Assembly: GCA_020632235.1 (NCBI GenBank)
Contig: JACKFY010000003.1
Span: 160,139 to 221,608, forward strand
Reading direction: 5' to 3'
DNA length: 61,470 bases
From: Pseudomonadales bacterium
Lineage (GTDB): Bacteria; Patescibacteriota; Microgenomatia; UBA1400; PJMF01
Shown here: positions 1 to 9,452 of the stretch, in pieces
How the letters are laid out: each line of letters opens with the position of its first letter
How positions within the stretch are numbered: the first letter of the stretch is position 1
Notes under the pieces: generated by a model
Databases searched by the model: none
What the model was told of the DNA's origin: nothing
What the model saw: the letters and a program-made list of their open reading frames with translations, nothing else
Made by a program: the position numbers and the translations under genes

Positions 1-542
1 CTATCACGGCAGGACTACTAATCACCCAACTCATCACCGCAAAACGCACATCGCTCACGCTCCTTGCAGGCATCATACTGCTGGCAACTCTGCCTCGCTC
101 ACTCTACTTTTTGCGTGAGTACGCCAGTCGGTATCAGACACATCAAGTTGACAACCTCATCAGGCCAGAAGAGCTAGCAGCGGGAGCATTTATCCAAGCT
201 ACCACTCAACCAACCAGCGTTATCTATGTTGACGCGAGCTTTTCCTATAATGAGCAAACGCCGTACGTTTCGTTTATTACCAAACGCCAAACAGTCTTAG
301 GAGGTGACGGTCTGCTTGAAAGTCACGCACAAGATATCAGTGGTCTTCAAGCTCTTCAAAAGAGCATTGAAGATAAGCGCGATGCGAAAAAGCTCCATGC
401 ACTACTCCAACAAAATAACATTACCCATCTCTATCTCGACCCAACTTCAGAGCTCTCAAAGCGAGTGCTTCAAGATCTTAATAATGTATACTTTGCTCCG
501 TTGCTTGAGAACGCCAAAGTGCGTATTGTTGCAGTCAAGTAG
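1..542 (+). CDS. 5'-truncated membrane protein, probably the C-terminus of a GT-C/ArnT-like glycosyltransferase
   Basis: The frame of ORF 111..542 is open back to base 3 (ITAGLLITQLITAKRTSLTLLAGIILLATLPRSLYFL, hydrophobic), followed by a soluble tail; glycosyltransferase-cluster context. Confidence 0.55.
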   Translation, partial: ITAGLLITQLITAKRTSLTLLAGIILLATLPRSLYFLREYASRYQTHQVDNLIRPEELAAGAFIQATTQPTSVIYVDASFSYNEQTPYVSFITKRQTVLGGDGLLESHAQDISGLQALQKSIEDKRDAKKLHALLQQNNITHLYLDPTSELSKRVLQDLNNVYFAPLLENAKVRIVAVK

Positions 543-543
543 C

Positions 544-2133
544 TTATGGACTATCAGAGGTGAGAAAAAAGTAAAATCTTGGCTGCCCGTCGCTTCCAAA
601 AACGGTGTGGAATGCCTTACGCACATCTATTTCGTCTTCTGGCGAGGCAACTACCAACGCATTGTTTCTGGCTAAATCGACATCGGTGATGTCTTGGGTA
701 AACTCATACTTCACTAATGATCCACCTCTATACCAAATAGGGTTGGTCTTGCGCACAAAAAGCGCGTAGATATAGGGCTGACCATACTCTGCAGTGAAGA
801 GTATTTTTTCTACCGTTGGTGCTCCGTCCAGCCCTTTTTCGTACTGCTGGGCGAGCGCAAACGCCTCTAGGTACCCATCTGAGAATGATGAAGCGGAAGT
901 CTGAGCAAACACGCAGTAGTAATCTGAAAGATAGGCGGTGAAAAGAAAGACGTGTAGTGTCAAGACAACACCTATCGTAAGTTTGAGATAAATACTACCC
1001 AATTTTTTTGCCACTCTTGCCATCACGCTCATACCTAAAGTAGCCAGGAGTATACACCCGGGTAGTGCGAGAAGTGCTCTATTGGGATGCGGCACACTTT
1101 CCCCAATTGCAGCAGGAATTATCCCTATCACCATCCACAAAAATCCAAGTACCCACACTTTTTTTTCTTTGCTAGAAAAGCTGTGTTTTATAAAAAATCC
1201 AACACAAGAAATGAGCACTAATGCCAGCGTGGTGGGTAAAAGCACTCCCCACACTCCATCGCCGTGCCGCAGCGTATCGGTTGCACCGCCTATTAAAAAT
1301 CCTGGAGAAAGATGCAGCAACCACTGCTGTCCTGTTCTTGCTAACGCTTGGCCAAGTGGCTGGGTGGCAAACACCGTGCTGCTCGCTCGCGCTAGCCCTT
1401 GCCCAAACAATGAGTCTTTCAGGAATGGGTAGAGCGCAACTATGCCTAAAGCTCCGCTCGCTACCAACTCGCGCAATCGAGAATGAGCGCTTTTTTTATA
1501 AAGAATAAGGAGAGAGAGGAATAAAAGTGGGGTTACTACTTTTGCGCTATGGTAGGTGTAGAGGCTGCCTGCTCCACAAAGAACCGAGAATGTGAGTAAA
1601 ATAAGCCCGAGCTTACTACTCGCGCTTGTTTGAAACGCCCACAGTAGAAATACCACCATCCAGACGAGAAAACACAACGCAATGCCCGACTCAAACCCCA
1701 CCCGACTAAAGTGATGATGCCAAGGAGAGGCTATCATCAAAAACATACCAAATAATGATAGCCAAGTGCTTTGTGGTGTTTTTGGTAACAGTAGTTTGAG
1801 TAAAGCATATATGCCAATAATCGAGATAACCCCTGCGAGCGCAAAGGGTGTGCGTACTGCCGTCAGGTTCATGCCAAACAAAAAAGTAGAAAAGCCATTA
1901 GCGTAAATTGCAAGCGGAGCTTTGTAGTCACCAAACGATTGAAACGAAACAGGTAGGCGTTCCAACCACTCATCTCTTCTAGTGTGAAGGACTGCGTAAC
2001 CATTGTAGCCGATAGCTACCTCATCCCACGTCATGCCATGGGGAACTACCCCCAGATTGTAGAAGCGCGTTATAACTACTAGTAGCAACAGCGCAATACC
2101 CAGCAGTAATTGCGGCGGCACTCGTTTCATCAC
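544..2133 (-). CDS. GT-C fold glycosyltransferase (ArnT/PMT, GT39/GT83-like)
   Basis: N-terminal TM then RFYNLG..WDE acidic loop motif, YKAPL, many TM helices. Confidence 0.85.
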   Translation of the reverse strand: MMKRVPPQLLLGIALLLLVVITRFYNLGVVPHGMTWDEVAIGYNGYAVLHTRRDEWLERLPVSFQSFGDYKAPLAIYANGFSTFLFGMNLTAVRTPFALAGVISIIGIYALLKLLLPKTPQSTWLSLFGMFLMIASPWHHHFSRVGFESGIALCFLVWMVVFLLWAFQTSASSKLGLILLTFSVLCGAGSLYTYHSAKVVTPLLFLSLLILYKKSAHSRLRELVASGALGIVALYPFLKDSLFGQGLARASSTVFATQPLGQALARTGQQWLLHLSPGFLIGGATDTLRHGDGVWGVLLPTTLALVLISCVGFFIKHSFSSKEKKVWVLGFLWMVIGIIPAAIGESVPHPNRALLALPGCILLATLGMSVMARVAKKLGSIYLKLTIGVVLTLHVFLFTAYLSDYYCVFAQTSASSFSDGYLEAFALAQQYEKGLDGAPTVEKILFTAEYGQPYIYALFVRKTNPIWYRGGSLVKYEFTQDITDVDLARNNALVVASPEDEIDVRKAFHTVFGSDGQPRFYFFLTSDSP

Positions 2134-3254
2134 GGACTGACTTTCTGCACTATGGTGTCACCAGAAAGTTTTTGCTCCAGCAGTCTTACGATCAGCACTA
2201 TCCAAAACGGCAGCAGCAAGAGTATGTAGCGAAGTGAACTAGCAGAACCAAACGCAAAGAGAAATAAGGTCAGGACGCTAAACATCCCCATCATCATGCT
2301 CCAAAATGAGTGGCGTTGTCTCAAGCATGCATAGCAGTAGCCCAGAAATGTCAGTGGCACAGCCCGAGACCATGAGGGCTCAGTGTATATCGTGTGAGGT
2401 TGCCACCAGGCGGCATACTTCCCAAATAATATTGAATCAAAAATAAGAAACTTTGGTATGGTACGCTCTCCTGTCCACCAAGAAAAACGAAACCACTCAA
2501 AACGCGCAAAGTCTACAAGACTATGACTCATAAAATAAACACTGTAGGTGGCTAGGTACACTCCTACTGCCACTACAAATGAGTACAAAGCGTGCAGTAA
2601 CACTTTTTCTTTGTGAGCAACAACCATCACCAGCCCAGCTGGTAGGATCATAAAGGGAAATGGGTACTTGATCGCACTCATTACACCCAAACACACCCCA
2701 ACCAATCCATACTTCATCACTGGACTACATTTTTTTGAAGCAAGCAAAATAAACAGCAGTAATACAGAAATAAGAAGGGGTATGTCAAGCATCGTAAACT
2801 GCAGCTGCTCGGATACAATAGGGAAAGAGAAAAAGATTGCCATGCTCAAGAACCTCATACTGGTGCGCTGCAGTACCATTGCTGAGAATGCATACATGCA
2901 CAGAGCCAACACTCCATATACAACGCTATTTATAGTATAGACGGATCCAAACAGCTGTGCCCCAAAACCATAGAGATACTTCGCCAGCGGAGGATGTTCA
3001 AAGTTGACCGTAGTAGGGTCTTGACCCTGCAGATAGATGTACGCAGCGTAACTATACAAATCTGAGTCACTTATCTCAAGCAACTTTTGATCACCCAATA
3101 CATACTGTGATGTGCTGTATAACACAGAGTAGTCATCAAGTGTTGTTTGTTTGAAAAGCGTCTCTCTATACCCAATCAATGACCAAAAAAATAATACTAA
3201 AAAAATACTAAAAAAACCATACAGCAATATGTTTTCTGTTAAACTATTCGTCAT
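2130..3254 (-). CDS. GT-C fold lipid-carrier-dependent glycosyltransferase
   Basis: SDSDLY and NFEHPPLAKY motifs, polytopic membrane protein; 4-nt overlap with the next gene. Confidence 0.75.
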   Translation of the reverse strand: MTNSLTENILLYGFFSIFLVLFFWSLIGYRETLFKQTTLDDYSVLYSTSQYVLGDQKLLEISDSDLYSYAAYIYLQGQDPTTVNFEHPPLAKYLYGFGAQLFGSVYTINSVVYGVLALCMYAFSAMVLQRTSMRFLSMAIFFSFPIVSEQLQFTMLDIPLLISVLLLFILLASKKCSPVMKYGLVGVCLGVMSAIKYPFPFMILPAGLVMVVAHKEKVLLHALYSFVVAVGVYLATYSVYFMSHSLVDFARFEWFRFSWWTGERTIPKFLIFDSILFGKYAAWWQPHTIYTEPSWSRAVPLTFLGYCYACLRQRHSFWSMMMGMFSVLTLFLFAFGSASSLRYILLLLPFWIVLIVRLLEQKLSGDTIVQKVSP

Positions 3255-4143
3255 ACTTCATCTTCCAGTACGGTTTCCACAGTAGATGCAAAAACTTCTC
3301 TTTCAGCGTGCCATTTTTCCACACAAATGTCTGTGCGTTGTTCCAGCTCATGGCTTGAATCTGCTTTCTGCCAAACACCGATCTATTGGTTGTCTCGTGA
3401 TCGTGCGCAACGGTGGCAGTTGGCTCAAACAACACCTTCCAGCCCCTTTTTCGCGCTCGAAATGACAAGTCAACATCTTCCCAATACGCTGGATGGTAGG
3501 CCTTATCAAACCCACCCAGCTCAAGCCATTTTTCTCTGTCAAAAAGCGCGCTGCCGCCCGACGCCCAGGCAGTCTCGCCCCCACTCATATCATCTGCTTT
3601 TTGGTGAAAAAACAATCCTTTTTCAAACCACAGCTTGTTTTTTCCTGATACCACCTGGTGATTATCTGCCTCCACCTCTCTGCAGCCAACTGCAAATACT
3701 ACCTCGTCATCGAAGTGAGCTAGGAGTGGAGCTATCAGCTCGCCCATCGGGCGCACATCATTATTGAGTAGCAGTACAAAACGATGTGATGACAAAAGCA
3801 CGCCAATATTGGCAGCACCTGCAAAGCGTATGTTGTCTCTCAGCGCCACCAACACGATACGCATTTTCTTTGCTGTAGCCGTTATGACACTACCGTAGGC
3901 TATCTGTGAAATACCATCAGTGGAGTCAGGATAGTACCCACGAGGAGTGGGAACCTGAGGTATCTGCTCTACCTGTTTGAGGCCATAGGTCTGCTCGAGC
4001 CAGCTTTTCGTTTCATCACCGCTTGCATCATCCACAATCACCACTTCGTCTTGATCCCTGAGTATGCTCAGCACCGCTGGTATGTTTTTTTGGAGATGCA
4101 CAACTCCATTGTAGGTGGGAATAACAACCGATACGCCTGACAT
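3244..4143 (-). CDS. GT2 family glycosyltransferase
   Basis: SVVIPTYNG, IVDDAS, LLNND, YWEDVDL motifs. Confidence 0.9.
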   Translation of the reverse strand: MSGVSVVIPTYNGVVHLQKNIPAVLSILRDQDEVVIVDDASGDETKSWLEQTYGLKQVEQIPQVPTPRGYYPDSTDGISQIAYGSVITATAKKMRIVLVALRDNIRFAGAANIGVLLSSHRFVLLLNNDVRPMGELIAPLLAHFDDEVVFAVGCREVEADNHQVVSGKNKLWFEKGLFFHQKADDMSGGETAWASGGSALFDREKWLELGGFDKAYHPAYWEDVDLSFRARKRGWKVLFEPTATVAHDHETTNRSVFGRKQIQAMSWNNAQTFVWKNGTLKEKFLHLLWKPYWKMKYDE

Positions 4144-4186
4144 GACCCTTAGTATACGCTATTACCCCAAAAAGTGATTGGTTATC

Positions 4187-5299
4187 CTAGACTCCAAATA
4201 CGGCAGCGACCCGTTTTTCAAAGAGTGACTGATCAAACTGCCACGCCCTTTGGCGCACTGACGCTTGAAATGACGTGTAAAGGTCTGGGTTGGCAATGAG
4301 TTCAAGCGTTTTATTACTGCATTCTTCTTTTGTGTGCCACAACAAATCTTTCAGCTCTGGACCGAGCACCTCTATCTGCCCACCCTTCGCGTGTACTAGA
4401 GGAACAGCCCCGGCTGCCATAGCCTCGACAGTGCTAATGCCAAAGTGCTCTACTTGCTCTGGATGCTTTGATTGTTTGATGCCGTACCCCGCCGCGTGCC
4501 AAAATAAGCGTGCACGAGAAAGTCGCTTGACCAACTCTAGGCGATCTACATCATGATGAAATGAGATGGGGTACCCGACAGCTTTTGTGCGTAACTGGGC
4601 AACATAGCTAGCATCTTCAACCGGGCCGATGAGCTGCAAACTCCATTTTTTTTTGATACTTGGTTGCTTCTGACACAAATTGATGAACATCTCGATCAAG
4701 ATATCTTGCCTTTTGGCATGAAGCTGCGTAAAAAACCTACCTACACTCACAATGGTGTTTGTTTTTTTTTGGTGAGCAAGTGGAGCAAACTCTTTCAAGG
4801 AAACAACGGGATGTAGCACGCTATCAACACGCACCCCCCACTCTCGCTCCACCACCTGTTTGGTAAACAGTGAGTTTGTATTAATGTGGCTCCAGGTTGT
4901 GTACTTGAGTCGCTGCGTGAGTGAGTGAGAGACAGTAGTCAGCGGCACTTGTATATGCAAGATGCTGTTTTTTGCCCCAGAGAAAAAAATACTTCCATCG
5001 GTGGTATAAAACAGATGTGAGTAGCGTCGTGTCCAGAGGTACTTGGTGAGTGGGTTGGCACTTGTGCCCAGCGGAGTCGTCTCCCAGGTAATGCAGTCCA
5101 GGCTCTGGTCTAGAAACATCTCGTATGTTTTTTTAATGCGGGCCTGAAACGTAGCGTCTCTGTGCGCGGGGGTGTCCCTGAGTGCTACCGTGATGGGCAT
5201 ACCTGTTTTTGTATGCAGGGCAAGCGCTATGGAAAACAGATGTTTTTCTCCTCCACCGGTGTGATTGGGGATGTAGGGAGAGTACAGGGCAATCTTCAT
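4187..5299 (-). CDS. GT4 family glycosyltransferase
   Basis: Start reassigned to MKIALYSPY..GGGEK (5299, ATGA overlap); EHFGISTVEAMAAG GT-B motif. Confidence 0.9.
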   Translation of the reverse strand: MKIALYSPYIPNHTGGGEKHLFSIALALHTKTGMPITVALRDTPAHRDATFQARIKKTYEMFLDQSLDCITWETTPLGTSANPLTKYLWTRRYSHLFYTTDGSIFFSGAKNSILHIQVPLTTVSHSLTQRLKYTTWSHINTNSLFTKQVVEREWGVRVDSVLHPVVSLKEFAPLAHQKKTNTIVSVGRFFTQLHAKRQDILIEMFINLCQKQPSIKKKWSLQLIGPVEDASYVAQLRTKAVGYPISFHHDVDRLELVKRLSRARLFWHAAGYGIKQSKHPEQVEHFGISTVEAMAAGAVPLVHAKGGQIEVLGPELKDLLWHTKEECSNKTLELIANPDLYTSFQASVRQRAWQFDQSLFEKRVAAVFGV

Positions 5300-6111
5300 A
5301 ACCCCTTTTTCCACTCTGAAACAATGCTTTTTTCCATCTCTTTGTAACGCTCGGCAATGCTTGGATTTTGTTGACGTTCCCACACCTGAATGTACACCAA
5401 GACTCGGTTGATGGCCTGCACCACCCCCTCGATCACCCCCACCTGGCCGTCTTTATACCCTCCTTGTTGGATCACTCTTCTAAAAAACTCCATCGCGCCT
5501 TTACGTAGTAGTGTCCAGACCGTTACTGGCAAAGCACCCGACTGATACAGCGCTTCTGCTTCCATTGGTGTCCAGGCTATCGTTTTTTTGAGTCCAGAAA
5601 TAGTATCACGGTGAGAAAGGTGTATCAGCGGTGTAGTGAGTGTTCTCTGTCCTCCTGTAAACACAGGGCTTTCATGCACGTCACCGTGCCAAGTAGAGAG
5701 TGCAGAGCGGCGAAAAACTCGTGTCACGCTGTCACTGCCCCACCCGCCAAACTGCAAGTGAGAGCCATAAAAAATATTATCTCGCTTGATGGTAAGTGCG
5801 CTCTCATGCCCCAGCTCAATGGCAAGTAAGATCTCTTTGGCGAGTGGTGGGGTCACACGCTCATCCGCATCGATGTACACTACCCACCCCGTGCTAACGT
5901 ACTTGAGAGCTTCGGTTCGTTTTCTCGCAAACGAAGAGTGAGAAAATGAAACAACTCGCGCACCACGCTTGCTGGCCACGCTCGCCGTCTCGTCACGGGA
6001 CGCATCATCTATCACTAACTGTTCATCACACCACTGCAAAGTGTCAAGGCATGCTCCAATCATCTCTGCTTCGTCTTTTGCGATGATAATGGCAGTAATG
6101 CTTGGTTTCAT
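5296..6111 (-). CDS. GT2 family glycosyltransferase (WaaE/KdtX-like)
   Basis: ITAIIIAKDE, IDDASRD, YIDADERV, VHE motifs. Confidence 0.9.
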   Translation of the reverse strand: MKPSITAIIIAKDEAEMIGACLDTLQWCDEQLVIDDASRDETASVASKRGARVVSFSHSSFARKRTEALKYVSTGWVVYIDADERVTPPLAKEILLAIELGHESALTIKRDNIFYGSHLQFGGWGSDSVTRVFRRSALSTWHGDVHESPVFTGGQRTLTTPLIHLSHRDTISGLKKTIAWTPMEAEALYQSGALPVTVWTLLRKGAMEFFRRVIQQGGYKDGQVGVIEGVVQAINRVLVYIQVWERQQNPSIAERYKEMEKSIVSEWKKGL

Positions 6112-6115
6112 GCCT

Positions 6116-7024
6116 CTATACTACCGTATACTTTCCCATTCTGCCTATGAGTGCGTGAAGTGCTCCCAGTCGTTCGTACTGCGCTCCCCCATACAACTGG
6201 CGAATGGCAAATGAGAGTGTCGTCATCTTTCTGCGCCATTTTCCGTGTTGCAGACCAAAATAAATCCTGTTTCTGGTAAAGTAGTAACGTTGGGTGGGTG
6301 AGGCAATCCCAGAAGAGCCAGCGTTATCATGCCAGACAATTGCGCTGGGCTGCAGGTAGAGCTCATACCCATATTTTTTGGCTAAAAGTGAAAATGCTAC
6401 GTCTTCTAAGTATAAAAAGTACTGCGGGTCAAGTCCGCCTGTTTTTTCCAGCACTTCGCGCTTGATAGCCATACAGCACCCCGTGGCGTAGTCAACTGGC
6501 TGCAAGGCAACACATTGACCTCTATCAACCTCGTCAACCCCGCGATGAAATGCTAGGACATTAGGCCAATCGATACTTCCCCCAGCATACCAAATAACCT
6601 TTCCTCGCTCTGCTTGGGTATACCCAGAGTGAAACTCCTGACCTTTAGTAAAGTAAATAAGCGGACAGATAATACCTGCGCCAGGGCGCTCATCAAATGC
6701 TGTCAGTAACTTGACCAATAGCTGTCTATGAACAGTGGTATCGTTATTAAGCAGCGCCACGTGTGATGAGTTTTTCTGCTCGATAGCATGCTTGATGCCT
6801 ATGTTATTACCACCAGTAAAGCCCAAGTTCTGTTCACTACGCACCACTAAAAACCTTGAAGGTGAGAGAGTGCGGGGTAGTGTGTAGGGCTTTTTTGAAC
6901 CATTATCAACAATAATCACCGAGTACCCAAACCCCTTGGTGGCCAGCTTTGAGAGCGAGCGTAAACAGCGAGAGGTAACCGCAGAGTTGTTGTAATGAAC
7001 GATGACAAGAGAAATGTGCTGCAT
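6116..7024 (-). CDS. GT2 family glycosyltransferase (WbbL/rhamnosyltransferase-like)
   Basis: IVHYN, IVDNGS, NLGFTGGNN, LLNND, GCCM, YFLYLED. Confidence 0.9.
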   Translation of the reverse strand: MQHISLVIVHYNNSAVTSRCLRSLSKLATKGFGYSVIIVDNGSKKPYTLPRTLSPSRFLVVRSEQNLGFTGGNNIGIKHAIEQKNSSHVALLNNDTTVHRQLLVKLLTAFDERPGAGIICPLIYFTKGQEFHSGYTQAERGKVIWYAGGSIDWPNVLAFHRGVDEVDRGQCVALQPVDYATGCCMAIKREVLEKTGGLDPQYFLYLEDVAFSLLAKKYGYELYLQPSAIVWHDNAGSSGIASPTQRYYFTRNRIYFGLQHGKWRRKMTTLSFAIRQLYGGAQYERLGALHALIGRMGKYTVV

Positions 7025-7045
7025 GTACCATGCTAGTATAGCATC

Positions 7046-7963
7046 CTACACCCCTAGCTTACGCCGCACTCGCCAATACAGCTTTATAAGCCCCTTGCTT
7101 TCTCGCACACGGTACTCAGCAATCCAGTAGTGAAGATCTCGGGCAACATGAGTCAGCGCCTCAAGCGTTATATCAACATCTGTCTTTGACACAACAAAAT
7201 CATGCGCTTGCCATACTTTGGCTTGCTCTACCACCTGATACATGCTCTGCAGTAGAGAAAGCAACACACCGTGCGTACCATCTTTAAGCCCCTCTTTGGC
7301 AAACAACCTACTGAAAAACTCGCTAGAAAATGCCTCTATGACTTGGGTTTCTGAAAGTGGCTGGACAGGCGCCGTATCTTCACCAGCACTAATGGAAGTA
7401 TAGCGCTCTAGCCGCTCAAGATAACTTTCAATGCTTGGATAGTTGTGGTGTAACAAGGCGTTTTTTTCTGTCGGCGCAAGTTGCACAAGTTCTCCTTTGA
7501 CATCAGGCTGTCTGTGTATGCCGTTGTACCACGATACACTGCCGTTTTTAAATAATCTGGTTTGATAGTCCGGCCACCAACCAGTATGAGCAATCCATGC
7601 GCCAAAAATGATATTTTTTCTAGGGATCGCGTACGCACTGACATCTCTGTTTTTGATCAAAGTAGGTAGTTGGTCTGCTAGGGAGGCTGATACTTCCTCA
7701 TCAGCATCGAGTACTAGTATCCACTCACCCTTTGCTTTGCTCAGGGCAAAGTTGCGTGCCGGCTCAACATACCCCAAATCATTATGAAAGTATGTGTGTG
7801 CACCGTACGTTGTTGCTATTTGTATACTGTCATCACTGCTGTGCATATCTACAACGATAATCTCTGCACCAAGGTGCGCAACGCTCTGTAAACACGCTTT
7901 GAGCGTTTCTCCAGCGTTTTTGGTATTGATAACAATAGAGAGTGATGGTTGTTGTGTGGACAT
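7046..7963 (-). CDS. GT2 family glycosyltransferase (WaaE/KdtX-like)
   Basis: SIVINTKN, VVDMHSSD, LDADE, WWPDYQTRLF. Confidence 0.9.
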   Translation of the reverse strand: MSTQQPSLSIVINTKNAGETLKACLQSVAHLGAEIIVVDMHSSDDSIQIATTYGAHTYFHNDLGYVEPARNFALSKAKGEWILVLDADEEVSASLADQLPTLIKNRDVSAYAIPRKNIIFGAWIAHTGWWPDYQTRLFKNGSVSWYNGIHRQPDVKGELVQLAPTEKNALLHHNYPSIESYLERLERYTSISAGEDTAPVQPLSETQVIEAFSSEFFSRLFAKEGLKDGTHGVLLSLLQSMYQVVEQAKVWQAHDFVVSKTDVDITLEALTHVARDLHYWIAEYRVRESKGLIKLYWRVRRKLGV

Positions 7964-7967
7964 GCTA

Positions 7968-9452
7968 CTACTCTTTTAGCAATGAAATCTCTTGTCGCAG
8001 CTTGCTGTTTCCTACTATCCAAAATACTACCATATAAGTACATGCTAGGAGCATCATGCCAAAGAGTAACTGTCCTACTCCTTGACTCCACCACCCCCAT
8101 CCCACCATCCCAACCAAAGCCATACAACCAGCTGCCACTAGCTGCCGCCAAAATGTCTCCAAAAAGTGAAACGGCACAAACCGCTTGAGCATAGTGACAG
8201 ACAAGGCCGAACTCCAACTAATGACAAATGCCGCCAGCGCAACACCTTGATATCCCTGCCACCACACAAAAAGAGGTGTTACTACCCACACTAAAACTGT
8301 CCACATGATCATCAACTGTAGCGTCTTGTTGATCTCACCGATAGCATTGAGTGCGTTGGTGAGAGGTGAGGAAAGCGCGCTCCACCCAATACTTAAGGTA
8401 AAGAAAATCAAGCTACTGGCTGCAGGTAGCCACTTGCTGTATTCAGTAAACACTCGCAAAGTAGGGATAATAAATACGCACATTCCAACAATGATAGGAA
8501 AGATCACCAGTGTGATAAAAAAAAGTGATGATTCTATTCCTTTCGCCAGTGCTTTTTTATCATTTTGCAACCGAGAAAACGCAGGAAATGTAACTGCCAT
8601 AATATTTTGTACTGTTAGATTGTACGGATACATCGACCAACTTTTTGCCCATTGAATATATCCAAACTCTCTGGGAGAAAGAAAGAAAACCAATACTAAA
8701 TAAAATAGTTGGTCTTTAATACGAGCCAAGAAATCATTTAGTTGGAACTTAACGCCAAAACCCAGAAGACTTTTCAGTTTTGAGAAGTGAAATGAAAAAC
8801 CAATTGGCCACCACTGAATAGATGCCAATACTAATACTCCACTGATTGATCGAGCAAGAATTGCAGGCGCATAAGAAAGTACGCCAAAATCAGAAATAGC
8901 CAAAGCAATAAGAACAGCATGAAAGACCACTTGTTCAACAATTTGCGGAATGACTAACTTCGAAAAAGCCAACCGTCGCTCAAGCATAACTGAGGGAATT
9001 GTTTTTAGCGCTGCTAAAGGAAAAGAAAATCCAAGTGAGAGTAGAATCAAAAATCCAACCTGACCGAGCCTGTCCTGAAGGATCGGCACCTGATACAAAC
9101 CAATTATTACTAGTACAATTGCCCAAGATAACAGTTGTTGAATAGTGAAAGCCAGCCTATACTCTTCAAGCGTTGGCTCCTCCTCCTTCTGAACCAGTGT
9201 TGCCGCCAGTCCAATGTCAGAAAAAAAGACTAAGATACCAATTACCTGTATTACTAGTCCATACAAACCAAAATCTTCTGGACTGAAGTAGTAACTCAAG
9301 ACAAGTACTGAAACCAAACCTATACCCTGCACCAAAAGGGTCCGAAAAAAGTAGGAGGCAGCACCCGCTATGCTCTTGGCGTGAATACTCTTTTCTGCTG
9401 GAGATGCGTGGGTGGCTGTTTTGTTACGCATGTTTGCTGTGTTTGTAGACAA
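7968..9452 (-). CDS. wzx: Oligosaccharide flippase (Wzx/PST family)
   Basis: LSYYFSPEDFGLYG, DIGLAATLVQK, about 12-14 TM; start may be 9431. Confidence 0.85.
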   Translation of the reverse strand: MSTNTANMRNKTATHASPAEKSIHAKSIAGAASYFFRTLLVQGIGLVSVLVLSYYFSPEDFGLYGLVIQVIGILVFFSDIGLAATLVQKEEEPTLEEYRLAFTIQQLLSWAIVLVIIGLYQVPILQDRLGQVGFLILLSLGFSFPLAALKTIPSVMLERRLAFSKLVIPQIVEQVVFHAVLIALAISDFGVLSYAPAILARSISGVLVLASIQWWPIGFSFHFSKLKSLLGFGVKFQLNDFLARIKDQLFYLVLVFFLSPREFGYIQWAKSWSMYPYNLTVQNIMAVTFPAFSRLQNDKKALAKGIESSLFFITLVIFPIIVGMCVFIIPTLRVFTEYSKWLPAASSLIFFTLSIGWSALSSPLTNALNAIGEINKTLQLMIMWTVLVWVVTPLFVWWQGYQGVALAAFVISWSSALSVTMLKRFVPFHFLETFWRQLVAAGCMALVGMVGWGWWSQGVGQLLFGMMLLACTYMVVFWIVGNSKLRQEISLLKE